DNA from: a virus
Taxonomy: Duplodnaviria; Heunggongvirae; Uroviricota; Caudoviricetes
IMG/VR virus record: IMGVR_UViG_3300033463_000022
Span: 86,542-147,056 of that record
Direction: 5' to 3' (one strand)
DNA length: 60,515 nt
Below, piece by piece: positions 46,963 to 55,522 of this stretch. Numbering within the stretch: the stretch's first letter is position 1; each line of letters starts with the position of its first letter. The notes under the pieces were generated by a model, which was given only the letters and a program-made list of their open reading frames with translations, was not told the origin of the DNA and made no database searches. A program made the translations under genes and the position numbers.

Positions 46963-48109
46963 TATCCTCACCTTCCTCATCATCGCTCATAGCATCAATG
47001 AAATCAACAAAATCTTTATCTTCAAGTTCTTTCTTGTCATACTCAAAAAGATTATCTTCTTCTTGTTCCTCAAAATCTTCTGGATTACCTTGAGCTGCGG
47101 CGATAGCTTCTTTTTCACGCTCCATGCTTTTCACAGCATTCTCAATCAAGTTACCAAGACCAAGCTCCTCTGTGACAAGATCATGAGTATATTTCTGCAT
47201 ATCTTGAATGACACGATCAGCTTTATCCATTGGTTCATCGGTATGATATCGAGGAATAAACCCGTCCTTCTCACACATAGCAACCAGCTCACCAATGGAG
47301 TCAACCGCATCAGTTTTATCTTCCTTGATCTAAGCGGCCGTAAGCTTTGCGCTAGTCATCAAGTCTTTGTACACCTTAGAAGCTTTCTAGAATCCCTCAA
47401 TATCTCCGGCGTCAATTAACTAATTAGCACGAAGCGAGGCTTTACAAATTAGTGTAAGTGTATCCTTTTGCCCAGCGCCCTGTATATCATAAGACCGCAT
47501 ATAATCATTATATAGTTGCTCTAATCTAACCCACTCTTCTTGACGATAGCCAGAACCCCACTTCATACGGAGATATATTTTATCATCATCCGAGAGCCCA
47601 AGATCTTCAATTTCAGGCTCTCCGGTGGTATCCCCGAATGTAGGCTGCTACGTAGCGGGCGCCGCAAGCCCCTACGGTTTCGGAGGAGTTCTATCTTTCG
47701 ATAACTCTTCCTCAATTTCCTCACCGGTGTAACCCTACTTCTGCATTGCTTCTACTTTTCTTTGCACTGCCTTTTGTTGAAGTTCTTCACTATCTTTCCA
47801 ATGGTATTTATTATACTATACCATTCGCATCTTTGCTAAATATCTTCCAATAATCGTAGTGCCAGTGAGTTTTTCTGGATCGGCGCCGTATTTTGCCAGA
47901 CAATCGTCCCATACATCTTTTATATAAGGTACATCAATTTCTTCCAATATCCACAAAAATGTATCGGGATCCCAGCTGTCTACCATTAAAGTAGCGCATT
48001 TCTTACATATATTCATCTTGCCGTCTGGATACTTCTCTAAGTTCCTAGACGAATAAAATTCTTTAACATCCTTTGTTAATCCGCATTTTTCACAAAAGTG
48101 AGTAGCCAT
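46952..48109 (-). CDS. Zn-ribbon protein upstream of TerL (TerS-like candidate, 385 aa, recoded)
   Basis: CEKC...CKKC N-terminus, acidic C-terminus; fragments 47816 and 46952 in frame; overlaps TerL start. Confidence 0.65.
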
Positions 48110-49182
48110 CAATTGCCCTCCTTTTCAATATTATGTTTACGGCTTCTACAACATTTACAGATGGAATACCAGCCATCCTTAGAGCCTCTATTTATTGAAA
48201 AGAAATCATTATGAGCTGGCTTAGTCTGCCCACATTTGGTACATTTTTTAAAGGGGAGCCCAAGACGCTTAAATTCGTGCGTGATAAAAGCTCGTTTAGC
48301 CTCTGCCGCGATCATTCTTGGGATTTTGTTTCTCCAAAGGCTAGAAATGTATTCTACACTATGCTTGATTCCAAACTCTACCTACAATGTTTCTTGAATA
48401 TCAATATTCTACACCCCATCAATTTTACATTCTACCAATCGTTCATATAATGGGTGGTCTTTAAGAGCATTAGTGCAGATTGAATCAAAAGCTTGCATTA
48501 AATACCATGTATCGCCTTCAAAGCGATCATAGCTATCTTCCTTTAATCGCGAATAATTACATAATATAGCTGATACAATTTTTGGATCCATTAAAGATAT
48601 ACCGTCAATTACAACTTCATTATCTTCATTCAACCAGCTATTATCTTCTATAGGGATATACGAACCAGAGGAACGAGTAAGCTTTACTGGAATTACAGGT
48701 TTTCTATAAGCCTACTTTATAATATATTGGTCTTTTCGCATATCAATTAATGCCTTTTTCATAATAAAAGCATCTCTCCCAGAGGTGTGCTTGATAGCTG
48801 CGTCCCAGTCATCAATAGAGGAACGAAGCTACCCTAAATAGGGAACTTGCTCTAAATCATCTTTACTAATTGAAATTTTAGGTTGGAATATTACATTTTT
48901 GTTTTCGTTTATAAGATTATATATACCATCTTCGCCATTTTCTAACTAACAAACTAGCCCTTCAAAAGAGGTCTCGCGCTTTGTTACCGTAGCCATACGA
49001 TTTTCTGTCAAGACCTTTTTCTCTTTCTTCTCTTGTTTCTCCATGCAGAGAATTAAATAATCAGCTAGAGCTTCCAAATAGTTAGGAGTTAGCTCAGAAT
49101 TTTCTTCGACTATTTGTTCAACAAGAGCAAGACGCTCTGAGGGAGATTCAAGTGTATAATCAAGTTTAGGCACTTTCATCAT
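48109..49182 (-). CDS. Putative DNA-binding regulator with HTH-like segment and C-terminal Zn ribbon (357 aa, 5 TAG)
   Basis: Fragments 48946, 48409 and 48109 in one frame; IDGVQNIDIQETLQVEFGIKHSVEYISSLW resembles a sigma-region-4-type HTH; CTKC...CKCC. Confidence 0.65.
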
Positions 49183-49196
49183 CTCCTTACGGAATA

Positions 49197-49258
49197 ATAT
49201 TAACATTTTTCCAAACTTTTGTCAAATAATTGCAAAATGGAAAAATTTTTGGTATTAT
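49197..49258. promoter_or_regulatory. Divergent sigma-A-like promoters at the strand switch
   Basis: Minus: TTGACA(49225-20)-N17-TAATAT. Plus: TTGCAA(49230-35)-N17-TATTAT. Confidence 0.65.
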
Positions 49259-49284
49259 AATAATAGTAATAAGGAGGCATAACT

Positions 49285-49656
49285 ATGTACGATGGTTTCT
49301 ATTTTGATAGCTTCTATGACTTACCACCCAAGGCTCTTCCAAAAGATTGCGAATATTACTTTAATGTTTTATATCTCGCAGTAAGTGTTCCTCCTGGTAC
49401 GTTTGGTAGTACTTGGGAGTTTACCGATATTAGTAGGATAAAAGACCCTAGACCCATTTGTGTATATTATTATGAAGACCCCGATGTAGACGACTGGGAG
49501 ATAGAAGCTAATCCGCATGCAGTGGTAGAGATAAATACTAAAACTCGGGAAGTAGTATGGTACGACATGATAGATTTTGAAACTGAAAAACCTTGGTTAA
49601 TAGAACCGATAGGCGAGGATTTCGACTATGAAGAATCCGATGAAGAAGAAGAATAA
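49285..49656 (+). CDS. Acidic hypothetical protein
   Basis: AAGGAGG RBS; 123 aa; D/E-rich tail. Confidence 0.8.
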   Translation: MYDGFYFDSFYDLPPKALPKDCEYYFNVLYLAVSVPPGTFGSTWEFTDISRIKDPRPICVYYYEDPDVDDWEIEANPHAVVEINTKTREVVWYDMIDFETEKPWLIEPIGEDFDYEESDEEEE

Positions 49657-49790
49657 ATAGGATATAAAGGAACTTGCGCGGCGACCGAGGTCTAAAACGC
49701 CACGTACCACGGATAAAGAGGCGCAACCGCAAGAGGATATTCTGGATAAAAGCCGCTATGATATAAGCGACGAAAGGGTGGAATGGAAAA

Positions 49791-50087
49791 TTGATTAACG
49801 CAGAAGAAGCTAAAAAATTATATAAAGAACGGTTGCAGAAGGATAAAGAGGCACGACTTGCTTTAGTAGAAGAAAAATGTGCTTGCACGCTGCAACAGAT
49901 AGAGCAGTGGATTATTTCAGCATGTAACGAGGGTAAAAATCAAATACGTGTCAACTCAGAAATAATTCCTTATGGTTATATGGTAGACCAGATAGGAGAA
50001 TACCTACATGATAAATTGGGATACGATAGTGAAATAGAGTGGGATTTAGATGTGCCGACTATACTAATTGTTAAGTGGGCGGATTAA
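49791..50087 (+). CDS. Hypothetical protein
   Basis: 98 aa, TTG start, TAA stop. Confidence 0.7.
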   Translation: MINAEEAKKLYKERLQKDKEARLALVEEKCACTLQQIEQWIISACNEGKNQIRVNSEIIPYGYMVDQIGEYLHDKLGYDSEIEWDLDVPTILIVKWAD

Positions 50088-50171
50088 AAACTCTACACAC
50101 TATATTTAAAAATTATAACAAACCACTTAACAACTTTTGTCCAAACGCATTTTTAAAGAAAGGAGACCGCA

Positions 50172-50369
50172 TTGAACTCGGACGCTGCCGCAATATACGC
50201 CGCTATCTTATCTACCGCACCTATTGATTGTATTAAAATTAAAGATGCAGAACATACCTCTATTCATGATATTGTCTCTACACTTCGTCACTGGAGAGAC
50301 TATACAGAAACGCTACAGCGTGATAATGACGCTTTACAAGAAATGGTGGATGCTTATGAAAAAGATTAA
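50172..50369 (+). CDS. Hypothetical protein
   Basis: AAGGAG RBS, TTG start, overlaps NADAR start. Confidence 0.65.
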   Translation: MNSDAAAIYAAILSTAPIDCIKIKDAEHTSIHDIVSTLRHWRDYTETLQRDNDALQEMVDAYEKD

Positions 50370-50784
50370 TAAATTCGCAGGAGACTATGGAGTTTTCTCT
50401 AACTTCTATTACTCCCCAATTTGGGATGATGGAATCGAATACCCCACTGTAGAGCACTACTTCCAAGCTATGAAGACACTAGACCCTAACCAACGCCGAA
50501 CGATTTCTATAGCCGCCACACCGGGCGCCGCAAAGAGAATGGGGAGGAGAGTAAAGCTAAGAGACGATTGGGAGCAAGTAAAGGAGCGCTACATGCTGTT
50601 TGCTCTACGTCAAAAGTTTTTAGATCCTACATTGAAAGAAAAATTGCTTGCGACTGGTGATACCTACCTGGAAGAGGGTAATAGCTGGGGCGATACATAC
50701 TGGGGCGTTTGCAATGGAGTGGGGAAGAATAGACTGGGTTATCTCTTGATGCAGGTAAGGGAGGAATTAAATGCTAACCGATAA
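50356..50784 (+). CDS. NADAR family (YbiA-like) hydrolase
   Basis: FSNFY...YPTVEHYFQAMK...AKRMGR...DWEQVK...KF...LLATG...EGNSWGDTYWG...GKNRLG..LMQVR. Confidence 0.92.
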   Translation: MKKINKFAGDYGVFSNFYYSPIWDDGIEYPTVEHYFQAMKTLDPNQRRTISIAATPGAAKRMGRRVKLRDDWEQVKERYMLFALRQKFLDPTLKEKLLATGDTYLEEGNSWGDTYWGVCNGVGKNRLGYLLMQVREELNANR

Positions 50785-51022
50785 GATTGAATGGCACGAC
50801 GCCCGCAAGGAACAACCTCCGATTGATGATTTTCTCTTACTAGCATATTATGATGATAGTGGAGACTATGTAGACTACTACGTTGGATATGGTTGGTATC
50901 TCAAGACTCACGATCTTTATATTATGGACGATATGGTAAATTATAATGTGATGTATTGGGCAGAGTTACCGAAGTTCCCTATCAATGGTAGAACGTACTG
51001 GGAAGTAGGAGGAGGATGTTGA
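50771..51022 (+). CDS. Small phage protein (DUF551-like W-rich)
   Basis: IEWHDARKEQPP...VMYWAELP pattern. Confidence 0.7.
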   Translation: MLTDKIEWHDARKEQPPIDDFLLLAYYDDSGDYVDYYVGYGWYLKTHDLYIMDDMVNYNVMYWAELPKFPINGRTYWEVGGGC

Positions 51023-51540
51023 TGGAGAGTAGAATTGAATGGCATTCTGTTTGGAAGCAGTTGATAATTGCAAGGAAAGACCTTGGAATGAGTCCTGGAA
51101 AGCTGGCCGCGCAGGTTTCTCATGGAAGTATGGCGTTTTTAACGTCGATGATAAAGAAGCAAGCTACAAAGATGCCAGATGGTATGATATTCATGGGCGA
51201 TAACGGAAAAGTGGTTGTGACCGGTGAAGATGAATACTACTGTTCAGTTTTATGGATTCCTAAAGGTATTTATGAAGGATGGATACAAGGGTCTTTTACC
51301 AAGGTAATATGCGAAGCAAAAAATAAGAGCCAACTTCTAAAGGCAGTAGAAATAGCAAAGGAGTTAGGACTAGAAGAAGGCAGAGACTACTTTTTAATAA
51401 AGGATAATTGCTTGACGGAACTGGAGCCGGAGGAAGTAGACGAGAGTGGAGTAGGGAGGACGTTAACTGTCGTGGGATTCCGTCCCTTACCTGCGGAGGT
51501 ATGTGCGAAAATTTCGCGGAAATTTCAACTGTATAAATGA
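51022..51540 (+). CDS. pth2: Peptidyl-tRNA hydrolase, Pth2 family
   Basis: KQLIIARKDLGMSPGKLAAQVSHG, KVICE, IKDNCLTEL...TLTVVGFRP; TGATG overlap start. Confidence 0.88.
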   Translation: MESRIEWHSVWKQLIIARKDLGMSPGKLAAQVSHGSMAFLTSMIKKQATKMPDGMIFMGDNGKVVVTGEDEYYCSVLWIPKGIYEGWIQGSFTKVICEAKNKSQLLKAVEIAKELGLEEGRDYFLIKDNCLTELEPEEVDESGVGRTLTVVGFRPLPAEVCAKISRKFQLYK

Positions 51541-51558
51541 AAGGAAATAGAGCCTAAA

Positions 51559-51771
51559 ATGGAGACTACAAAACTATGTCCTAAGTGTGGGGCATTAAGC
51601 TACTGGGATAGCTACTTTCAAGCCTATTGTTGCACAAGTAATAAGTGTGGGTATATGGAATATGTGAAGCAAGAGAGCCAACTTGATAGGATAGAGAGGA
51701 AGCTAGACTTAATTTATAAAAGGCTTCAACAAGAGAAAGAGGAAGAAGAAGGAAGGAACTTGCGGCCGTGA
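51559..51771 (+). CDS. Small Zn-ribbon protein
   Basis: CPKCG...CCTSNKC. Confidence 0.7.
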   Translation: METTKLCPKCGALSYWDSYFQAYCCTSNKCGYMEYVKQESQLDRIERKLDLIYKRLQQEKEEEEGRNLRP

Positions 51772-52213
51772 GGTTAGTAGTGACTAGGAGGCAGGTTGAA
51801 GGAGACCGTGTTTTGGATGAAGAGGGGATTTCAAGATTTTAGAGACCAGCCAACTTTCGTACACTAAAGTGAAAAAGAAAATCGCCCGAATACCTACCCC
51901 GGTACTAGGAGCGCTTTCACACGGTAAAGCGTCAAAACGTACTACCCACCCCGGAATCTGTAAGCTCTCGCTAACACCGACGCACGCCCTATTTAGCACG
52001 CTTTAGCACTCTAAAGAAATAAATTGCAAGCCTTTTCGCGCTCTCTCGCTTGCTATCTTCCCGATTTTCTCTCTTGTTTACATTGCACAATTCAAGTGAG
52101 AGAATCGGGTTATTATTTGTGTAAAATACCATCTTGCATTTGTCCGGACAATTTGCTATACTACAATCAGAAAGAGCAAGGAACACATCAATAGTAAGAA
52201 AGGAGAACACGCC

Positions 52214-52381
52214 ATGTATAGAATTTATTATCATCCTCATTATGGCAATGGCTACACTGGCGAGGAGTGGATAGGCACAAACGACACACATGAAGCTTAT
52301 ATTAGAGGCACGATGATTATATCTGGTTGGGAGTATGAGCACATCTTCAAAGAAAAGGAAAAGGTTGAAACCAAAGGTTAA
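52214..52381 (+). CDS. Microprotein, 55 aa
   Basis: AAGGAG RBS, downstream of promoter 52134-52162. Confidence 0.7.
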   Translation: MYRIYYHPHYGNGYTGEEWIGTNDTHEAYIRGTMIISGWEYEHIFKEKEKVETKG

Positions 52382-52408
52382 GGGCAACAAAAGAAAGGAG
52401 TACATACC

Positions 52409-52543
52409 ATGAAAAGATATGACGCTGACGCCATCATCCATTATATCGCAGTAGCGAAAGAGCTTGCGGAGTCGCTCATTGGAGCTGTGTGCCTTGTCGC
52501 TGGCATCATTGGCGTGTGGTTCATAGGCTGTGCGCTTGCTTAA
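52409..52543 (+). CDS. Microprotein, 44 aa, one TM helix
   Basis: AAGGAG RBS; LIGAVCLVAGIIGVWFIGCALA. Confidence 0.7.
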   Translation: MKRYDADAIIHYIAVAKELAESLIGAVCLVAGIIGVWFIGCALA

Positions 52544-52564
52544 TAAGGAAAGGAGAGAACGACT

Positions 52565-52723
52565 ATGAAGACCAACATCAACTACATGAATCGTACGACT
52601 GGAGAACTCACCGACAGACACTATATTGCGATGGAGTGGTACAACGACGGCAATGAAGTCAGCCTCATCACCTATAGCGAAGTCGTCGGCGAATGGCTGG
52701 AGAGAGGGCGCTGGGAGCACTAA
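52565..52723 (+). CDS. Microprotein, 52 aa
   Basis: AAGGAG RBS. Confidence 0.7.
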   Translation: MKTNINYMNRTTGELTDRHYIAMEWYNDGNEVSLITYSEVVGEWLERGRWEH

Positions 52724-52753
52724 GCTCCCAGCATAAGGAAAGGAGATAGGGCA

Positions 52754-52933
52754 ATGTACGACGATTATGAATATAGCGCATTTTGCGCATACAACGATTA
52801 TATGGCAAACGACACAGAGCGCGATATCATGGAACGCGATGATAGCGGATTCTCTATCGGTGGCGTTGGGATGGGGAAGTTTACAGCGCCCTATCAGACA
52901 GATTATATCAGCGGCTATCACCACTTTGGCTAA
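52754..52933 (+). CDS. Microprotein, 59 aa, acidic/aromatic
   Basis: AAGGAG RBS; followed by hairpin 52932-52959. Confidence 0.68.
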   Translation: MYDDYEYSAFCAYNDYMANDTERDIMERDDSGFSIGGVGMGKFTAPYQTDYISGYHHFG

Positions 52934-53283
52934 TAGACCGGGAGAAATCTCGGTCTATTCTTCTATCTATCCCAATAGACCGATAGGCTACACAGAAAAG
53001 AGTAAGTCAATTGCGGCCGGCGCGCACACGAGCGTTTTTAATACGTGCGCGCCGAATTCACGCTTTAAAGTGCTAAAGTAAATTTTTGTGCAACTTGCAC
53101 AATAGCGCTTTAAAGTGTTAAAGTCCTAAATTGGCGAGTAACTTGTGAAGTTACTGCGCATTTTGCACAAAAACTTGTATAAATCTTTGTATATTTTACC
53201 TATTGCAATTCCGGGCAGAGCGTGCTATACTGTATACAGAAAGAGGGAAGGAAAACCCCACAAACCGGAAAGGAATTAAGACC

Positions 53284-53586
53284 ATGACGATTTACAAGCT
53301 GACCGAGAACAAGGCTCTTCCCAAGTCCCTTTACTTCACCAGTAAGACCAAGCTTCTTTCCTATCTGCGCGCTATCAAGAACAAGGATTTTGTAGCGGTC
53401 TCCATCCCCAATCCCGACCGTCCCTGGGAGCCTCGCTCTTATGATGAAGAGTACCATAGTGACAAGATGCGTACTTTCCGCCGTGGTAAGTGGGACACCG
53501 ATACCATCACTATTTACTTCGAGCGCAACGTCAACAATGGTCACTGCTGGGACGCCTACACCATAGAACGCATTGAGGTTATCTGA
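53284..53586 (+). CDS. Early hypothetical protein (100 aa)
   Basis: Own promoter 53203-53231, AAGGA RBS, terminator 53595-53620. Confidence 0.8.
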   Translation: MTIYKLTENKALPKSLYFTSKTKLLSYLRAIKNKDFVAVSIPNPDRPWEPRSYDEEYHSDKMRTFRRGKWDTDTITIYFERNVNNGHCWDAYTIERIEVI

Positions 53587-53919
53587 CCGAATAGACCGAG
53601 GGAAAATCCCTCGGTTTTTTCTATATCATTTCACTTTCGCACTTTAAAGCGTGGCCGGGCCGCCTCCGAGCGTTTTTTGATATGGCGGCCCGCACTTTAG
53701 CGCACTGAAGTGCTACACTTTTATGCGCTAAATTGCGTCATTTCGCTTTAACGCACTAAAGTCCTAAAATAGCGCGGTAACTTTATAAGTTACTCGGCAC
53801 TTTATCACACTAAAGCGCTAAACCTATTAAAATTTTTAATGACCCTTATTAAAAAGTCGCGCTTGCAAAATGCTTCCGGGTGTGCTACAATGACTATAGT
53901 AAATGAAGGAGGTAATCCC

Positions 53920-54360
53920 ATGAAGATTATGCACGCCGAACCCGTGAGCAATAAAAATATCGGCATTGCCGCGCAGTTTGCGCTTGCCGCTCTTATGGGC
54001 GTTCCGCAGTCAAAGCACGATTCTGTCCCTTATGATAAAGGTTCTGATGTTTCTGTGAACGGCATGGAGATTTCCGTCAAGGCGTCCGGTTTTACGCTGA
54101 TGTCCGGCTCTTTATGCGAGGGACGTGATACGTTCGATGGTATTTGGGACTTGTATGCCGAGAACGTCCATAGCAACACTTTCGCCTATGTTACCGCGGA
54201 TTTCACCGTTTATATGATGAATCTCTCCGAGTTTGAGCGCTTTGTATATGCGTTTTGCCGCATAGAGCGCGAGTCCGAAAAGAACGGTGGCGCAATGAAA
54301 ATCCGTTGCCGCAAGGAATCCGCCAAAATGCTGGCATGGCTCGCGGCGGAAGTTGCATAA
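53920..54360 (+). CDS. Early protein with PD-(D/E)XK-like motif (146 aa)
   Basis: AAGGAGG RBS; HDSVPYDKGSDV..NG..ISVK. Confidence 0.75.
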   Translation: MKIMHAEPVSNKNIGIAAQFALAALMGVPQSKHDSVPYDKGSDVSVNGMEISVKASGFTLMSGSLCEGRDTFDGIWDLYAENVHSNTFAYVTADFTVYMMNLSEFERFVYAFCRIERESEKNGGAMKIRCRKESAKMLAWLAAEVA

Positions 54361-54424
54361 GGGCTTGACAAATCAAGCCCTATATGGTACAATACAGACA
54401 ACAAGAGAAAAGGAGATTAAAACC

Positions 54425-54547
54425 ATGACTTGGCTTCATCTTATAACTATTATCGACGAGGAAATGGACAAGGAAAATATCAACCAGTTTGACGAGGTTA
54501 CTTTTGACGAACTCGTACGCATTCTCAATATTGCGGCACAAAAATAA
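54425..54547 (+). CDS. Acidic microprotein, 40 aa
   Basis: Own promoter 54365-54393, AAGGAG RBS, terminator 54551-54577. Confidence 0.72.
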   Translation: MTWLHLITIIDEEMDKENINQFDEVTFDELVRILNIAAQK

Positions 54548-54806
54548 ATCAACCGAGGGCTGAAAATGCCCTCGGTTTTCCTTTTCCTTTCGCCGGCCCG
54601 CGCTCGACCAATTTTTAATCGCGCGGGCCGAGTTTAGCGCTTTAAAGTGCTACAGTGATTTTTGTGCAAAATGACGAATCACGCTTTAAAGCATTAAAGT
54701 CCCCAAATTTGTGCAAAATGACGAAAAATTTTTTCGCCAAACCCCTTGACAACCGACCGGAAGTGTGCTATACTTAGGCTACAGTAAAGGAAAGGGGAAC
54801 AACACC

Positions 54807-55271
54807 ATGACTACCAACACCGCTCTGCTTCTCAACCTCATCGACCGCTACAACGCCCTTGCGTACACCCACGACTACATCTTCGGCTTCTTCTTCCACG
54901 GCAACGTCTATATGGCTTATGCCAACTCCTCCATGCTTCCTGCTATCCTCTGCGTGGACAAGGCTTCCCGCGGTCAGGGCATGGCTCTCCGCTTCTGCCC
55001 CAACAAGGATATCAAGGTCGCCCTTATGGCGGGTGCGGAGCTCCTTTGCTCCGAGGAGTACTTCGAGGATGTTAAGGACTCCTGCGGCTACAATAAGGGC
55101 GAGACCTTCGAGAAGCTCGTGACCGAGCGTTTCGGGCAGGTCTGGCATAAGGACAATGTCCCCTTCACTGAGGACGGGGATGTGACCGCGGACGGCATCG
55201 CCTATCAGGTCAAGTTTGAGCGCGCCACATTCACCAACGAGAAGATTCTCGCCAAGCTCGAGCGGGCATAA
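54807..55271 (+). CDS. Early protein with PD-(D/E)XK-like motif (154 aa)
   Basis: NKGETFE...KDNVPFTEDGDV..DG..YQVK; own promoter 54746-54774. Confidence 0.78.
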   Translation: MTTNTALLLNLIDRYNALAYTHDYIFGFFFHGNVYMAYANSSMLPAILCVDKASRGQGMALRFCPNKDIKVALMAGAELLCSEEYFEDVKDSCGYNKGETFEKLVTERFGQVWHKDNVPFTEDGDVTADGIAYQVKFERATFTNEKILAKLERA

Positions 55272-55409
55272 GCCCGCTCTTTTGGTTTCGCCCGGGCGAC
55301 TGACCATTTGCACAAAAGGACCGAATCATTTTTGTGCAAAATACCATCTTGATTTTTTAACTTTTATTTGTTATTATTATAATAGAAAAAGGAAAGGGGA
55401 TTCCAAGCC

Positions 55410-55520
55410 ATGCGTGACTACTTCCAGCGCGTCCGCTCCCGCGGCAAGTTCTGTCGCTTCGACCTCACCAATAAGCACGTCCGCGCTATCGCTAAGCGCG
55501 AGCTTCGGAAGGCGGTGTAA
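55410..55520 (+). CDS. Basic (Arg-rich) microprotein, 36 aa
   Basis: AAGGGG RBS after promoter 55349-55377; MRDYFQRVRSRGK... Confidence 0.65.
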   Translation: MRDYFQRVRSRGKFCRFDLTNKHVRAIAKRELRKAV

Positions 55521-55522
55521 GT

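Larger units (their letters stand above)
53058..54696. repeat. Palindromic TAGCRCTTTAAAGYGCTA-like repeats in long intergenic spacers
   Basis: Copies at 53058, 53103, 53637, 54635, 54679, plus degenerate CTAAAG variants. Confidence 0.8.

Noticed and set aside
11256-49182. Pseudogenisation or sequencing errors as the cause of fragmented structural genes
   Set aside because: Breaks are exclusively TAG and never shift frame, and the joined genes have proper RBSs, TAA/TGA ends and intact catalytic motifs. Decay or errors would give all three stops and frameshifts.
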